This document shows positions 10,366-20,582 of a stretch of 64,000 nt of DNA, one piece after another. The stretch comes from Cyanobacteria bacterium auto_48_18 (GTDB lineage: Bacteria > Cyanobacteriota > Vampirovibrionia > Obscuribacterales > Obscuribacteraceae): assembly GCA_036170915.1 (NCBI GenBank), contig JAVHQC010000030.1, positions 32,001 through 96,000 on the forward strand. Reading direction: 5' to 3'. A program made the position numbers and the translations under genes. Position 1 is the stretch's first letter, and each line of letters starts with the position of its first letter. The notes beneath the pieces were generated by a model that was not told the origin of the DNA, ran no database searches, and was given only the letters and a program-made list of their open reading frames with translations.

Positions 10366-12507
10366 ATGGATAGCGTTAAAGAAAGGAAGACAGGGCCCGT
10401 GGCAGGAAGACAAATTCAGCTTCAAGACGTCCGTAATATGGGTATTGCCGCTCACATCGATGCCGGTAAAACCACCACAACAGAACGGATTCTGTTTTAT
10501 TCCGGCTTGATCCACAGAATGGGTGAAGTGCATGAAGGCACATCATTCACCGACTGGATGGAACAAGAAAAAGAACGCGGCATCACCATTACCGCAGCTG
10601 CCATCACTTCACAGTGGAGAGGCAAGCGCATCAACTTAATCGACACCCCTGGACACGTTGACTTCACCGTTGAAGTTGAACGCTCCATGCGCGTGCTAGA
10701 CGGCGTTGTAATCGTGCTCTGCGCCGTTGGTGGCGTACAGCCCCAGACCAACACCGTTTGGAAGCAAGCTAACCGTTATGAAGTGCCCAGAATGATTCTG
10801 GTCAACAAAATGGATCGCACCGGCGCTGACTTCTACAAAGTGGTCAAACAAATCAAAGAACAGCTTCCCGGCATGTCTACCACCTGGGCCAATGCTCACC
10901 CAATTCAATTGCCAATCGGCGCTGAAGGCGAGTTCAAGGGCTTGGTTGACCTGGTCGAAATGAAAGCTCACATCTACGACGAAAAAGATCCTATGGGTCA
11001 GAAATTCAACATCGTCGACATTCCAGCCGACATGATGGAAGACGCTCAGAAATATCGCAAATGGCTCGAAGAGTCAGTTGTGGAAACTGACGACGCCCTG
11101 ATGGAAATCTACATGGAAACAGAAACTGTTGAAAACGAAGCTTTCAAAGTAGCTTTGCGCAAAGCAGTTTGCAACAACAAAGTTATTCCGATTCTTTGTG
11201 GTTCAGCTTTCAAAAACAAAGGCGTACAACAATTGCTCGACGCTGTTGTTGATTTGCTTCCTTCACCAGCTGACGTTTCTGCTATCAAAGGCACATTGCC
11301 TGACGGTACTGAAACCGAACGCGCTCCTGATGATGCCGCACCATTTTCAGCTCTGGCCTTCAAAGTGATGAACGATCCTTTCGTCGGCAAACTGACCTTC
11401 TTGCGCATCTATTCAGGCAAGCTCGCAGCAGGCTCTTATGTTCTTAATTCCACAAAAGGAAAAAGAGAGCGCATCAGCCGTCTGGTTCAATTGCAAGCAG
11501 ACAACCGCACAGACGTTGATGAAGCCTTTGCCGGCGACATTATTGCCGCTGTTGGCTTGAAAGACACCACCACTGGTGACACTCTTTCTGCTGAAAATTC
11601 TCCTGTAATTTTGGAATCAATGAACTTCCCAGATCCAGTGATCTCGGTTGCTATCGAACCAAAAACCAAAGGCGACTCCGACAAACTTGGTGTCTCGCTT
11701 GGCCGTTTGGCAGAAGAAGATCCAACCTTCAAAGTGCGTGTTGACCACGAAACTGGCCAGACAATCATTGCTGGTATGGGCGAACTGCACTTAGAAATCA
11801 TCGTTGACCGTCTGCTTCGTGAATTCAAAGTTGAAGCCAACGTTGGTAAGCCACAAGTGGCCTACCGCGAAACCATCAAGAAAAACGTCAAGTGCGAAGG
11901 CAAATTCATCCGTCAGTCTGGCGGTCGTGGTCAATATGGTCACGTAGTCTTCGAACTCGAACCTCTTGCTGCCGGCACCGGATTTGAATTCGTCAACAAG
12001 ATCGTTGGTGGTGTAGTTCCAAAAGAATACATTCCAGCAATTGAAGCTGGCGTAAGAGATACTCTGGTTGGTGGTGTACTGGCCGGTTACCCTGTAATCG
12101 ACGTTAAGTGCATTCTGGTCTTCGGTTCGTATCACGAAGTTGACTCGAACGAAATGGCCTTTAAGACTGCTGCTAGTATCGGCTTCAAAGAAGGCTTTAT
12201 GAAAGCCAATCCAATTCTGCAAGAGCCGATCATGAAAGTTGAAGTTGAAGTGCCTGAAGAATTCATGGGCGACGTAATTGGTGACATTTCATCGAGACGT
12301 GGCCGCATTGAAGGCATGGACACCATCGAATCACTATCAAAAGTGAAATCATCGGTGCCACTGTCTGAAATGTTTGGTTATGCTACCGACATCCGCAACA
12401 AAACCCGCGGACAAGGTACATTCACCATGGAATTCGCTCACTACGAAGAAGTGCCGAATGCTATTGCTGAAGCAGTAATCTCAACTAAGAAAGACGTTCG
12501 CCACTAA
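10366..12507 (+). CDS. fusA: Elongation factor G (start ATG 10366 or GTG 10399)
   Basis: [42 protein letters not shown]. Confidence 0.97.
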   Translation: MDSVKERKTGPVAGRQIQLQDVRNMGIAAHIDAGKTTTTERILFYSGLIHRMGEVHEGTSFTDWMEQEKERGITITAAAITSQWRGKRINLIDTPGHVDFTVEVERSMRVLDGVVIVLCAVGGVQPQTNTVWKQANRYEVPRMILVNKMDRTGADFYKVVKQIKEQLPGMSTTWANAHPIQLPIGAEGEFKGLVDLVEMKAHIYDEKDPMGQKFNIVDIPADMMEDAQKYRKWLEESVVETDDALMEIYMETETVENEAFKVALRKAVCNNKVIPILCGSAFKNKGVQQLLDAVVDLLPSPADVSAIKGTLPDGTETERAPDDAAPFSALAFKVMNDPFVGKLTFLRIYSGKLAAGSYVLNSTKGKRERISRLVQLQADNRTDVDEAFAGDIIAAVGLKDTTTGDTLSAENSPVILESMNFPDPVISVAIEPKTKGDSDKLGVSLGRLAEEDPTFKVRVDHETGQTIIAGMGELHLEIIVDRLLREFKVEANVGKPQVAYRETIKKNVKCEGKFIRQSGGRGQYGHVVFELEPLAAGTGFEFVNKIVGGVVPKEYIPAIEAGVRDTLVGGVLAGYPVIDVKCILVFGSYHEVDSNEMAFKTAASIGFKEGFMKANPILQEPIMKVEVEVPEEFMGDVIGDISSRRGRIEGMDTIESLSKVKSSVPLSEMFGYATDIRNKTRGQGTFTMEFAHYEEVPNAIAEAVISTKKDVRH

Positions 12508-12534
12508 ATTTGATTTAGTTAGTTCGACTTTAGA

Positions 12535-12568
12535 GCGGCCCCTGGGAAACCGGGGGCTGTCTTTTTTT
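12535..12568 (+). terminator. Intrinsic terminator after fusA
   Basis: GCGGCCCCTGG-GAAA-CCGGGGGCTGT followed by a T7 run. Confidence 0.85.
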
Positions 12569-12700
12569 GAGGTGTCGAAATCGCAGAGAAATTTATGCAA
12601 AATTTCTCTATAAGATTAAAAAGGCATCTCTTCTAGAAAAGCGGTAAAATTCTCACAGTCTTGATTCCGCACCGCTTTGAAAGCCGCAAGGAGTTTCTCA

Positions 12701-13114
12701 ATGAAGTATCTGCACAGCGGGTACATCCTTTTCTGCCAGGGCGCAGACTATGAAGAAGACGGCCGAGTAGATGCACGCGGCCTGTTCGACCTTTTTGTTC
12801 TCAAAGAAGTGCCGAGCAAAATGAACTGCACCTGCGTTATCGGTTTCGGCACTCCTTATGAACGTCGACAATATAAAGGCATCGTCACCATTGAAGATCC
12901 TGATGGCAACGTCGTGCTCACCAAAGACTTCAACGCCAACGACCCGGGCGATATTTTCAAAGGTCATTACATCTTCCAGCCAGACGTCTCCCTGACAAAA
13001 GAAGGGGCGTGGTCTGCCAAAGTTTCATTGCTCAACTGGAAAGATGACACCATGTGGGACTGCGAGCGCAAATTCTTCGCCATGCTCGAAGGCGACGCAC
13101 CACCAGACCCGTAA
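12701..13114 (+). CDS. Hypothetical protein (DUF6941-like beta-sandwich)
   Basis: AAGGAG RBS before ATG 12701; N-terminal ILFCQ…DGRVDARGLFD pattern. Confidence 0.6.
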   Translation: MKYLHSGYILFCQGADYEEDGRVDARGLFDLFVLKEVPSKMNCTCVIGFGTPYERRQYKGIVTIEDPDGNVVLTKDFNANDPGDIFKGHYIFQPDVSLTKEGAWSAKVSLLNWKDDTMWDCERKFFAMLEGDAPPDP

Positions 13115-13137
13115 GCTATTTTAGATCTGAAGGCAAA

Positions 13138-14397
13138 TTAGCAAAAATCGAGATTTTCGAAGTTCTTGCCCAGCACTTCGCGACTGTCAGCACCTAGCCA
13201 GCGGTCGACAATGGTGGCATATACGGTGCGGAAGTCGACAGTGTGTTTAAGATCGCCATGATCAAGATTGGTCAGCGATGGATATTCACCATAAAGCCCG
13301 CCCTTCACCCCTGTGCCTAGAACAAGACAGGGAGCCGCTGTACCGTGGTCAGTACCGCCGCCGTCATTCTCTGCAACTCGACGGCCAAACTCAGAAAAAA
13401 TTAGCACCAGCACTTTGTCATCACAGCCGTTCTGTTTAAGGTCTTCATGGAAGGCTCTGAGAGATTTGCCAAGGCCGTTCAACAAGTTAGTCTGAGTGCG
13501 CAATTCACCGGCATGAGTGTCAAAGCCGTCGTAACCAAGCGTATAAACTTTCGCGCCGATGCCACCACTTACCATTTGAGCGATAAACTTCAAACTCGAG
13601 CCTAATTTGCCGTCTGGATATTTAGCAGTTGTCTTATGATCTTTGACCAGATCAAACAGTTTCTCAGAAGCGCGATTGGCTTCTATGCCGCTTTTACGCA
13701 GCTTGCTAACAATAGGTCGACGATCTTCAAAGTCGTTGTAAATATCACCGAAGGCCTGCAACTGCAGAGCCCTATCTGCCTTGTAGAGCGGATCAACTTT
13801 AAATCTAAACGCCTGCACATCAGAAACGGAAGGCACTGTTATTTTGCGGGCAAGCAGCGATTTGGGCAAAAGCGGATCGACATTGACTGCCAACATACTG
13901 GCATTGGCAGGCGGCGCAGAGAGGCTTAGATGATCTAAATAGCGACCCAACCAACCGGTATCGCCGATGATATCAGGTTGAGCTGTTTGCCAAATTTCTA
14001 TTGAGCGAAAGTGCGAGCGGTTTGGTTCTGGATAGCCGACTCCTTGAATAACTGCGAGCTGCTGATCTTTATAAAACTGAGCAAACTCGCCAAGTGCAGG
14101 ATGAAAGCCAACATCAGAGTTAATTGGTAAGACATCAGTTTGCTTGATGGCAATCTTAGGCCGAGCATCATAATAAGCACCATTGCCATAAGGAATTATG
14201 GAGTTGATGCCGTCGTTTCCGCCGTTCAATTGAATTACTAAAATCGATCTTCCGGATAGTTTGGCCGCAACGGCAGGATCGATATTGGCGGCCACTCCAT
14301 CTAGCTGATAGCGTCCAAGCAAACCGAGAGCTGCCAGGCCGGCGAGAAAATCGCGACGACTGACGGAAGTTTTGCTGCTGTTCTCTTGCTTAGCCAT
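13138..14397 (-). CDS. DUF1501 family protein, Tat-exported
   Basis: SRRDFL Tat motif; QLNGGNDG, NRSHF, GFDTH, SEFGRR, GTDHG, DFRTVY. Confidence 0.92.
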   Translation of the reverse strand: MAKQENSSKTSVSRRDFLAGLAALGLLGRYQLDGVAANIDPAVAAKLSGRSILVIQLNGGNDGINSIIPYGNGAYYDARPKIAIKQTDVLPINSDVGFHPALGEFAQFYKDQQLAVIQGVGYPEPNRSHFRSIEIWQTAQPDIIGDTGWLGRYLDHLSLSAPPANASMLAVNVDPLLPKSLLARKITVPSVSDVQAFRFKVDPLYKADRALQLQAFGDIYNDFEDRRPIVSKLRKSGIEANRASEKLFDLVKDHKTTAKYPDGKLGSSLKFIAQMVSGGIGAKVYTLGYDGFDTHAGELRTQTNLLNGLGKSLRAFHEDLKQNGCDDKVLVLIFSEFGRRVAENDGGGTDHGTAAPCLVLGTGVKGGLYGEYPSLTNLDHGDLKHTVDFRTVYATIVDRWLGADSREVLGKNFENLDFC

Positions 14398-14422
14398 TTC
14401 GCCTCAAAGGTCTTTATTTATA

Positions 14423-15817
14423 CTAGTTTAACTGATATGTAGGTAAGGTCATAATCAAATGTATAAGGCCACGCAGCCTGGCGTCTAAAACCTTGCCCGT
14501 AGGCAAACCGGTCAATTGCTTGCCGTCCATATCTGTAGACAAATACTCGATTAAACGCCTCCGAGCGGAAGGCGGCGCGTCGCCATCAACTAACAAACTG
14601 AGAAAATAATCTACTGTTTCGTCGGCAGTAGTTAAGCCTTGAGCTGCAGCGATGTCAGCTGGCGACGAATACTTTTCTAGATAATCAAACTTTTGCGAAA
14701 TTATGCGAGCGGCAAAATTAAAACGTTCCATCATTGTGTCTGAGGCAATCCAGTTGTGGCCGCCGTCCCAACCTTTCACAGATGGCGGATTGAATAGATT
14801 TTGCCCCATGGCCGCCATCAGTCGTGGCACTTCCGCATCAACTTTAAATATCTGAAAAGTCTTGAGCATGCCAACTACATATTCGCATGGGCTCTTGATC
14901 AATGAGTGATAACACTGCTCAGAGGTAAATATGGGCGAAGAAAAAATCGCTTTTAGCATAGCACCGATATTATGATCGCTGCTGTGATACACAGCTGCAA
15001 TGTCATCGACAAAAGATTTAGGCGGATTTTCCATGGCGAAAAAGTGCAAAAGTTTGCGCGCAAGATATCGACCTGTTGCTTTTTCATTGGCGAGAATGGT
15101 GACAATATCGCTGCCATCAAAATTACCGCTCTGGCCGAGAAATGTTTTCATTCCACTATCATGCTGACCGGTGTTAAAGTAGAAGCCATCAGGTTTTGCT
15201 TGCCAGCCGGTAAAGGCGCGGGCACCCTCTTTGATGTCTTGTTCAGAATAATTGCCTATGCCCATGGTGAATAGTTCCATCACTTCTCGCGCATAATTTT
15301 CATTTGGTCTTTTCTTGCGATTCTGTTGATTATCGAGCCACGTAATCATGGCCGGATCTTTCGACATGGCAAGAAGCAAATCATCGAAGCGGCCGAAAGC
15401 AAGTTTGCGCATGGTGCAATTTTGCACATACATGGCGTAAGAGTTGCGCACTTTATAGTCAGCGGTGGCGAAGTGTCCATGCCAGAAAAGCGTCATCTTT
15501 TCTTCAAGCGGGCGGGCCGTAAACATCATGCGAAAAAGCCACCAGCGTTTGATATCGTCTGGATTGGTGAAATCAAAAGATTGCTCAGCCAGCATTTTAT
15601 CAAGGGCGCTATTGCTAACAGCCGATGGGGTTGTTAGTTTTTCCAAAGCGTCGTGATAGCTCATCTCCGTATATGGTGCCAATTCTTCGGGTGTGAATCC
15701 AAAACCGGCACGCCCCATCAAATGCCTGAGATCTTTGTGCCAGCGCTTGCTTTTGGCTCCACCAACCGACTTAGAACCAGTTTTGCGTTTACTCTGCATA
15801 GGCTGGAACCTTGCCAC
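14423..15817 (-). CDS. DUF1800 family protein
   Basis: EKMTLFWHGHFAT, NENYAREVMELFTMG, PPSVKGW; usual partner of DUF1501. Confidence 0.92.
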   Translation of the reverse strand: MARFQPMQSKRKTGSKSVGGAKSKRWHKDLRHLMGRAGFGFTPEELAPYTEMSYHDALEKLTTPSAVSNSALDKMLAEQSFDFTNPDDIKRWWLFRMMFTARPLEEKMTLFWHGHFATADYKVRNSYAMYVQNCTMRKLAFGRFDDLLLAMSKDPAMITWLDNQQNRKKRPNENYAREVMELFTMGIGNYSEQDIKEGARAFTGWQAKPDGFYFNTGQHDSGMKTFLGQSGNFDGSDIVTILANEKATGRYLARKLLHFFAMENPPKSFVDDIAAVYHSSDHNIGAMLKAIFSSPIFTSEQCYHSLIKSPCEYVVGMLKTFQIFKVDAEVPRLMAAMGQNLFNPPSVKGWDGGHNWIASDTMMERFNFAARIISQKFDYLEKYSSPADIAAAQGLTTADETVDYFLSLLVDGDAPPSARRRLIEYLSTDMDGKQLTGLPTGKVLDARLRGLIHLIMTLPTYQLN

Positions 15818-16355
15818 GCTTTAGCTGTTCGAGTTCTTGCAATTGCTCTGGTCTGATTACTCTTTGCAAAAGCACAGTGAAATGCTCTTGCTTGGTTTTT
15901 ATCTGTTGAATCAGTTCGAGAATGGCCGGGTCTTCCTCTTCTTTCGGCACTGGAGCGGCGGCAATCTCTGCTGTCAGTTTTGCCTTGAATGCTTTCCTTT
16001 TTTCGCTCAACTGCTCTCGTACAACTCTCACATCGCTGCGGTAAACATTGAAAAATTCACCGACGGCTTTTCGTTGCGTTGCATCAAGCGACGGTATCAA
16101 ACGCACTTGCTCTAAGCTTGGATTGGGATCAATCAAGATTTTGCCTATGGCATCGCTGGGCCCGGCTCTTTTGTCTACCGAAGGCAGTACGGCGGCGGCA
16201 GCGGTGGCACTGAAAAAATTGCCCACGGCAAATTCGCGCGGTGTTGAAATTGCGTCAGCCGCTTTTTTTGCCGCCTCAGCCGGTTCGGCAAGTGCAAATG
16301 CTAGAAGCAAGCACAGCACTGTCGCGACGAAATTTTTGCCAAATCTTTTCATCAT
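15789..16355 (-). CDS. Secreted helical protein (Spy/CpxP-like)
   Basis: Signal peptide AEA; helical region ending VIRPEQLQEL; overlaps the DUF1800 start. Confidence 0.55.
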   Translation of the reverse strand: MMKRFGKNFVATVLCLLLAFALAEPAEAAKKAADAISTPREFAVGNFFSATAAAAVLPSVDKRAGPSDAIGKILIDPNPSLEQVRLIPSLDATQRKAVGEFFNVYRSDVRVVREQLSEKRKAFKAKLTAEIAAAPVPKEEEDPAILELIQQIKTKQEHFTVLLQRVIRPEQLQELEQLKRGKVPAYAE

Positions 16356-16541
16356 AGTATCGTGCCCACTTTGGCTAAAAACTATGGGGCCATGCCAGAT
16401 TATTGGCGCGGTGGTTGCAGTGGGGTATCACTTTTCGATTTCACATGGTTTACAGAAAAACTCGATGTTTTTCTGAAAGCAGGATTTTTGCGGTTTTAAG
16501 ATCCCGGCACGCCGTAACCGTAACCCATGACCATGAAACAA

Positions 16542-16985
16542 TCAGCGTTTGCCGATTTTGCGCGCCACAAATGTAGCAATCGAGCCCACTAGCACCAGCA
16601 ATCCGAATGCGACAACAGACATAAACGGCCGCACTGGTTGGACCGCATCGTTTGCAGAAAGTAATGACTGAAGGCAAACTAAAGCACAGGCCACAATATA
16701 GCTGATCGGAAAAGGCGACCATTTGCGATCGGCTAAGAATGTTACTAGAGCTGAGATCGGAACCCAGCTAATCATCCAACAAGAAGCGAAAATATCGAGA
16801 GGAAACGGTAATTCGAAATAGCCAATCAGTATCTCGCCCATTCCCAGCAATGCAGAAGCAAGCAAATACATATTAAAAAGCGGTGCTTGCTCACTTTCAA
16901 GAGTAAAACATTTGAGGCGATAGAGCAGCACGGCGAAGCAAACTAAGAGAGCCACTGCGCCAAAGATGATACTGAAAGTTTCCAA
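16542..16985 (-). CDS. Hypothetical multi-pass membrane protein
   Basis: About 5 hydrophobic segments. Confidence 0.6.
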   Translation of the reverse strand: METFSIIFGAVALLVCFAVLLYRLKCFTLESEQAPLFNMYLLASALLGMGEILIGYFELPFPLDIFASCWMISWVPISALVTFLADRKWSPFPISYIVACALVCLQSLLSANDAVQPVRPFMSVVAFGLLVLVGSIATFVARKIGKR

Positions 16986-16993
16986 CGCGACCT

Positions 16994-17437
16994 CTAGTGA
17001 TGTGCACTAATTTCGGTGCCAGCGGAGTAGGCTTTGCTTAGCCCTGAACTAATCGCTCCCGAAGTCAGCCCCATCGTCCAATACATAATTGCCCAAAGTA
17101 TAGGGAGATAAAAAATGTGACTTCTAAACAACGCACTTTTGACAAATAAAACAATAAAAAGCAAAACAGGAAGGTAGAGGAAAATAGTAGAAAGCGTTGG
17201 CATAGGGATGAATTGATCAGCCTGCAATCCACAAAATTTAAAGACAGCGGCAATGGCAAAGACAGTTAGGCCACAAAAATACAAATACCAATACGGAAAA
17301 GTCCACATTAAAAGTGCGAGAGCTAAAGGCAGAACCGGACTTTTGTCCTCGCCCTCTAAAAGCTCTCGATCTGGCGAATCTACATCTTGTGGCCCAGAAC
17401 TAAAATTTGCTTCGGCGCCACCATTTTTATTATCCAT
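16994..17437 (-). CDS. Hypothetical multi-pass membrane protein
   Basis: Acidic N-terminus followed by 3-4 hydrophobic segments. Confidence 0.6.
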   Translation of the reverse strand: MDNKNGGAEANFSSGPQDVDSPDRELLEGEDKSPVLPLALALLMWTFPYWYLYFCGLTVFAIAAVFKFCGLQADQFIPMPTLSTIFLYLPVLLFIVLFVKSALFRSHIFYLPILWAIMYWTMGLTSGAISSGLSKAYSAGTEISAHH

Positions 17438-17503
17438 GTTCGCGCCTTCAATCTCTCACCCGAGTATAGCAATGGCCGACTTGAACATTCGCCGAATACA
17501 AAC

Positions 17504-17538
17504 AAAAAAAGCCGCCTTCACAACTAAAAGAAAGCGGC
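17504..17538 (-). terminator. Intrinsic terminator downstream of tRNA-Val
   Basis: Minus strand GCCGCTTTC…GAAGGCGGC followed by T7. Confidence 0.7.
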
Positions 17539-17559
17539 CTAATTCAAATTTTTAAAATT

Positions 17560-17631
17560 TGGGCGGTACAGGATTTGAACCTGTGACCCCTTCCATGTCA
17601 AGGAAGTGCTCTACCCCTGAGCCAACCGCCC
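17560..17631 (-). tRNA. tRNA-Val(GAC), CCA not encoded
   Basis: Reverse complement GGGCGGTTGGCTCAGGGGTAGAGC…CTTCC-TTGACAT-GGAAG…GGTTCAAATCC…ACCGCCCA folds as a cloverleaf. Confidence 0.95.
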
Positions 17632-17755
17632 GCAGCATCGGAAGATTCCGAAGATGACTATTGTAACTCTAACCGGCCTCTGGCGAATAACAGAATCGCA
17701 AGAGGCATGAAAAGTTCGCAACAATAAGAAACGCTGACCATTTCTTTGAAAAGAA

Positions 17756-17827
<72 letters not shown>

Positions 17828-18032
17828 GTAAATTTGCCTGAATTTAGCCCTCAGACAAGACACATGCTATTTCGCAGGCGTGCTTTTGTCAATTCTAAAG
17901 CGCCACGACAAGCCTTTTAGTTGCGTGATAAAGCAAGGAGTGCCCATATATCTCTAGGGCCATGCGGTTATCATTAGCTTAACGTTTTGTCTTCCAGCAA
18001 ACAAATTGCTCTTACAAAGGTGACCGACCTGC

Positions 18033-19028
18033 ATGCAAATGGTATTGAGACGAGTCCTGGCGGCCATTCCCATGCTCTTCCTGATTTCACTGGTCAGCTT
18101 TGCCTTGATGCGAGCGTTGCCTGGCGATCCAGTTGATGTGATGCTTGGAGCGGCGCAAAAAGAGCTACCCTCTGAAGATTTAAAACTGCTGCGCCAAGAA
18201 TTCGGCCTTAATCAAAGCCCGGCCAAGCAATACCTGCTCTGGCTTTCCGGGTGGGTGAAAGCTGACAACGTAGCCTCAGCAAACGCGCTGGGTAGGTCTT
18301 ATCGCGACGGACGGCCGGTCAAAGAAGTTATTGTCGAGCGCATTCCGGCCACGCTGACTCTGGTGGGCATCGCGCTGGTCTTGTCTTTTGCCCTGGGATT
18401 AAGCATAGGCATTCTGGCTGCGTTTCTCAATTTGCAAGGCAATAAGCGGGCAGACTCAGCTCTTACAGCTGTTTTGTTGGCGATTTATTCGGCTCCAAAT
18501 TTCTGGCTGGCTTTCCTTGCCCTGGCTGCTTTAGCCAGTCAAGCGGGTTTGGCAATGGTGAAGCTGCCTATTTTAGGCTTGCATCCTCCGGGCGCTGTGC
18601 CTACCTTTGGGGCAGAAATAGAATATTTGCTTTTGCCGGCGATCATTCTTTCTACCCGTCGCATGGCTAAAGTAGCTTTGTATGTGCGCACTTTGGCACT
18701 GGACGAAATCGGCAAAGAATACGTGGTGACCGCCCTGGCAAAAGGTTTGTCACTGATATCAGTGATCACAAATCACGTTCTCAAGAACTGTTTAATTCCA
18801 GTGGTAAATTTGGCTGGCCTTTCGCTTCCGGCCTTGATAGGCGGCTCGGTATTGATAGAAACCATTTTTTGTGTGCCGGGCATGGGCAGGCTCATGGTCG
18901 AGTCCACTTTCGGCCGCAATTATCCGGTGCTCATGGGCCTCGTTATGCTTTACGGAGCCATTGTCATTCTTGCGAATTTACTTGCGGACGTGCTCAACAA
19001 AGTGATTGACCCGAGGCTGGAAAATTGA
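18033..19028 (+). CDS. Peptide/nickel ABC transporter permease (DppB/OppB-like)
   Basis: LPGDP, EYVVTALAKGL EAA loop, GGSVLIETIF, IDPR. Confidence 0.92.
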   Translation: MQMVLRRVLAAIPMLFLISLVSFALMRALPGDPVDVMLGAAQKELPSEDLKLLRQEFGLNQSPAKQYLLWLSGWVKADNVASANALGRSYRDGRPVKEVIVERIPATLTLVGIALVLSFALGLSIGILAAFLNLQGNKRADSALTAVLLAIYSAPNFWLAFLALAALASQAGLAMVKLPILGLHPPGAVPTFGAEIEYLLLPAIILSTRRMAKVALYVRTLALDEIGKEYVVTALAKGLSLISVITNHVLKNCLIPVVNLAGLSLPALIGGSVLIETIFCVPGMGRLMVESTFGRNYPVLMGLVMLYGAIVILANLLADVLNKVIDPRLEN

Positions 19029-19942
19029 AAAAACAGCTCAACAAAAATGTCATCATCGGCTCAGTGGCGCTCGCCATACTATTTCTGACCGCTCTAACGC
19101 CGCTGATTTTGCCACTGGTCGGCATCGTCATAGAGCCGCCCATATCAAGTCTGCATCAGGTCAATCTGCCACCATCGTGGCAAAGCGATCATTTTTTAGG
19201 CACTGACGCGCTTGGCCATGACCTTCTCAAAATGATTGTCTTCGGTGCCATGGGCTCGCTTTCTGTAGGCCTTTGCTCGGCCTTTGTGGCGGTTATTCTG
19301 GGCAATATCTGGGGCTCTACAGCGGCACTGGCAGGAGGTTTTGTCGACAGTTTGATGATGCGTTTTGTGGACGCACTGCTGGCTGTACCCTCCATTATTC
19401 TTTTGCTGACATTGAGTTCGATTCTATCGGCCCCGGAGCTGATTGAAAAATTTCCCCCAATCTTGCTCAAAGGCCTGGGCGTCACCGCCTACACCGATGG
19501 GCTAATGCCTTATTTCATAGTCATACTTGCCATCACCGCCACCACCTGGCTCGAGTCGGCACGGGTTGCCAGAGCGCGGGTTTTGGCCATCAAAGAAGAA
19601 GACTTTTTTCTCGCTGCACGCGCCCTCGGCAGCTCGTTTAGCCAACTTTTAGGCAAACACTTACTGCCTGCGCTGGCTACTACAGCCGTTGTAGAAGCCA
19701 CCCTGCTGGTCAGCGACGCCATTATCATGGAATCTGGATTAAGCTTTCTCGGCCTCGGACTCGGCCCCTCAACTCCAAGCTGGGGCAGCATGCTCAAAGA
19801 AGCACAGGCCTGCTTAATTGCAGGCAATTGGTGGGCGGCGGTCATACCAGGTTTGCTAATTTGCTTCACTGTAATCAGCGTTCATCTTCTTGGCGAAGGG
19901 TTCTTAAGCTCAAAGCGGGCCAGAGGCAAAATCCCGGCTTGA
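19025..19942 (+). CDS. Peptide/nickel ABC transporter permease (DppC/OppC-like)
   Basis: LGTDALGHD, AARALG, ESGLSFLGLG, PSWGSML. Confidence 0.92.
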   Translation: MKKQLNKNVIIGSVALAILFLTALTPLILPLVGIVIEPPISSLHQVNLPPSWQSDHFLGTDALGHDLLKMIVFGAMGSLSVGLCSAFVAVILGNIWGSTAALAGGFVDSLMMRFVDALLAVPSIILLLTLSSILSAPELIEKFPPILLKGLGVTAYTDGLMPYFIVILAITATTWLESARVARARVLAIKEEDFFLAARALGSSFSQLLGKHLLPALATTAVVEATLLVSDAIIMESGLSFLGLGLGPSTPSWGSMLKEAQACLIAGNWWAAVIPGLLICFTVISVHLLGEGFLSSKRARGKIPA

Positions 19943-20014
19943 CACTTCCCAATGGGCTAGAATATTGGCACGCTTTAGCAGCATTAACACTGACAATTAA
20001 ATTACGGATAGCCA

Positions 20015-20551
20015 ATGAAATTTATGCCCGATTCAAAAAGCAAAAGCTATGGCCATTTGTTACTTGCCGCCGTCATCGTCAGCAGTTTTTCACTAAGTGC
20101 CTGCGGAGACAGCAAGGAAGTAAGTTTCAACTCTGGTGGCATGACTCAGGTATCAAGAGCCGGTGCGGGTTCTGTACCGGACGACCTGAAAAAATTAGTT
20201 TACCCTGGTGCCACCGCCAGTGGTTCACAGTCGGCTAGCGAAAATGGTAAAGACTCAAACGATCATTCGCGCTATTTAAATTTGTCTACCAGCGATTCTA
20301 TTGAAAAAGTCGCCACCTGGTATGAGGCAGCACTGAAGCAAGAAGGTTGGAATATTGAGAAGAATGAGGCCATGGGAAATTTGGTCACACTGAGCGGCAC
20401 ACTTAAGGATGCCGAAGTTGCCATCAATATTGCCGACGACTCAGGTAAGACCTCAATCATTGTCAACCAGAGCACCTCACTTGGTGCCATACCCGACGAC
20501 GAAACTGTAGAAAACTTCAAACCTAACAAAGAGGTTCCACCCACTGACTAA
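20015..20551 (+). CDS. Hypothetical lipoprotein
   Basis: Lipobox LSAC; YPGA and VATWYEAALKQEGWNI motifs. Confidence 0.75.
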   Translation: MKFMPDSKSKSYGHLLLAAVIVSSFSLSACGDSKEVSFNSGGMTQVSRAGAGSVPDDLKKLVYPGATASGSQSASENGKDSNDHSRYLNLSTSDSIEKVATWYEAALKQEGWNIEKNEAMGNLVTLSGTLKDAEVAINIADDSGKTSIIVNQSTSLGAIPDDETVENFKPNKEVPPTD

Positions 20552-20582
20552 GGCTGCTGCAAAGTCAATTGAAGCAAAGCCA

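Noticed and set aside
16450..17560. Genomic island integrated at the tRNA-Val 3' end
   Set aside because: Two AT-richer membrane genes follow the tRNA, but there is no integrase and no duplicated tRNA 3' end.
19965..19980. Sigma-54 promoter TTGGCACGCTTTAGCA
   Set aside because: The GG-to-GC spacing is one base shorter than the strict -24/-12 requirement.
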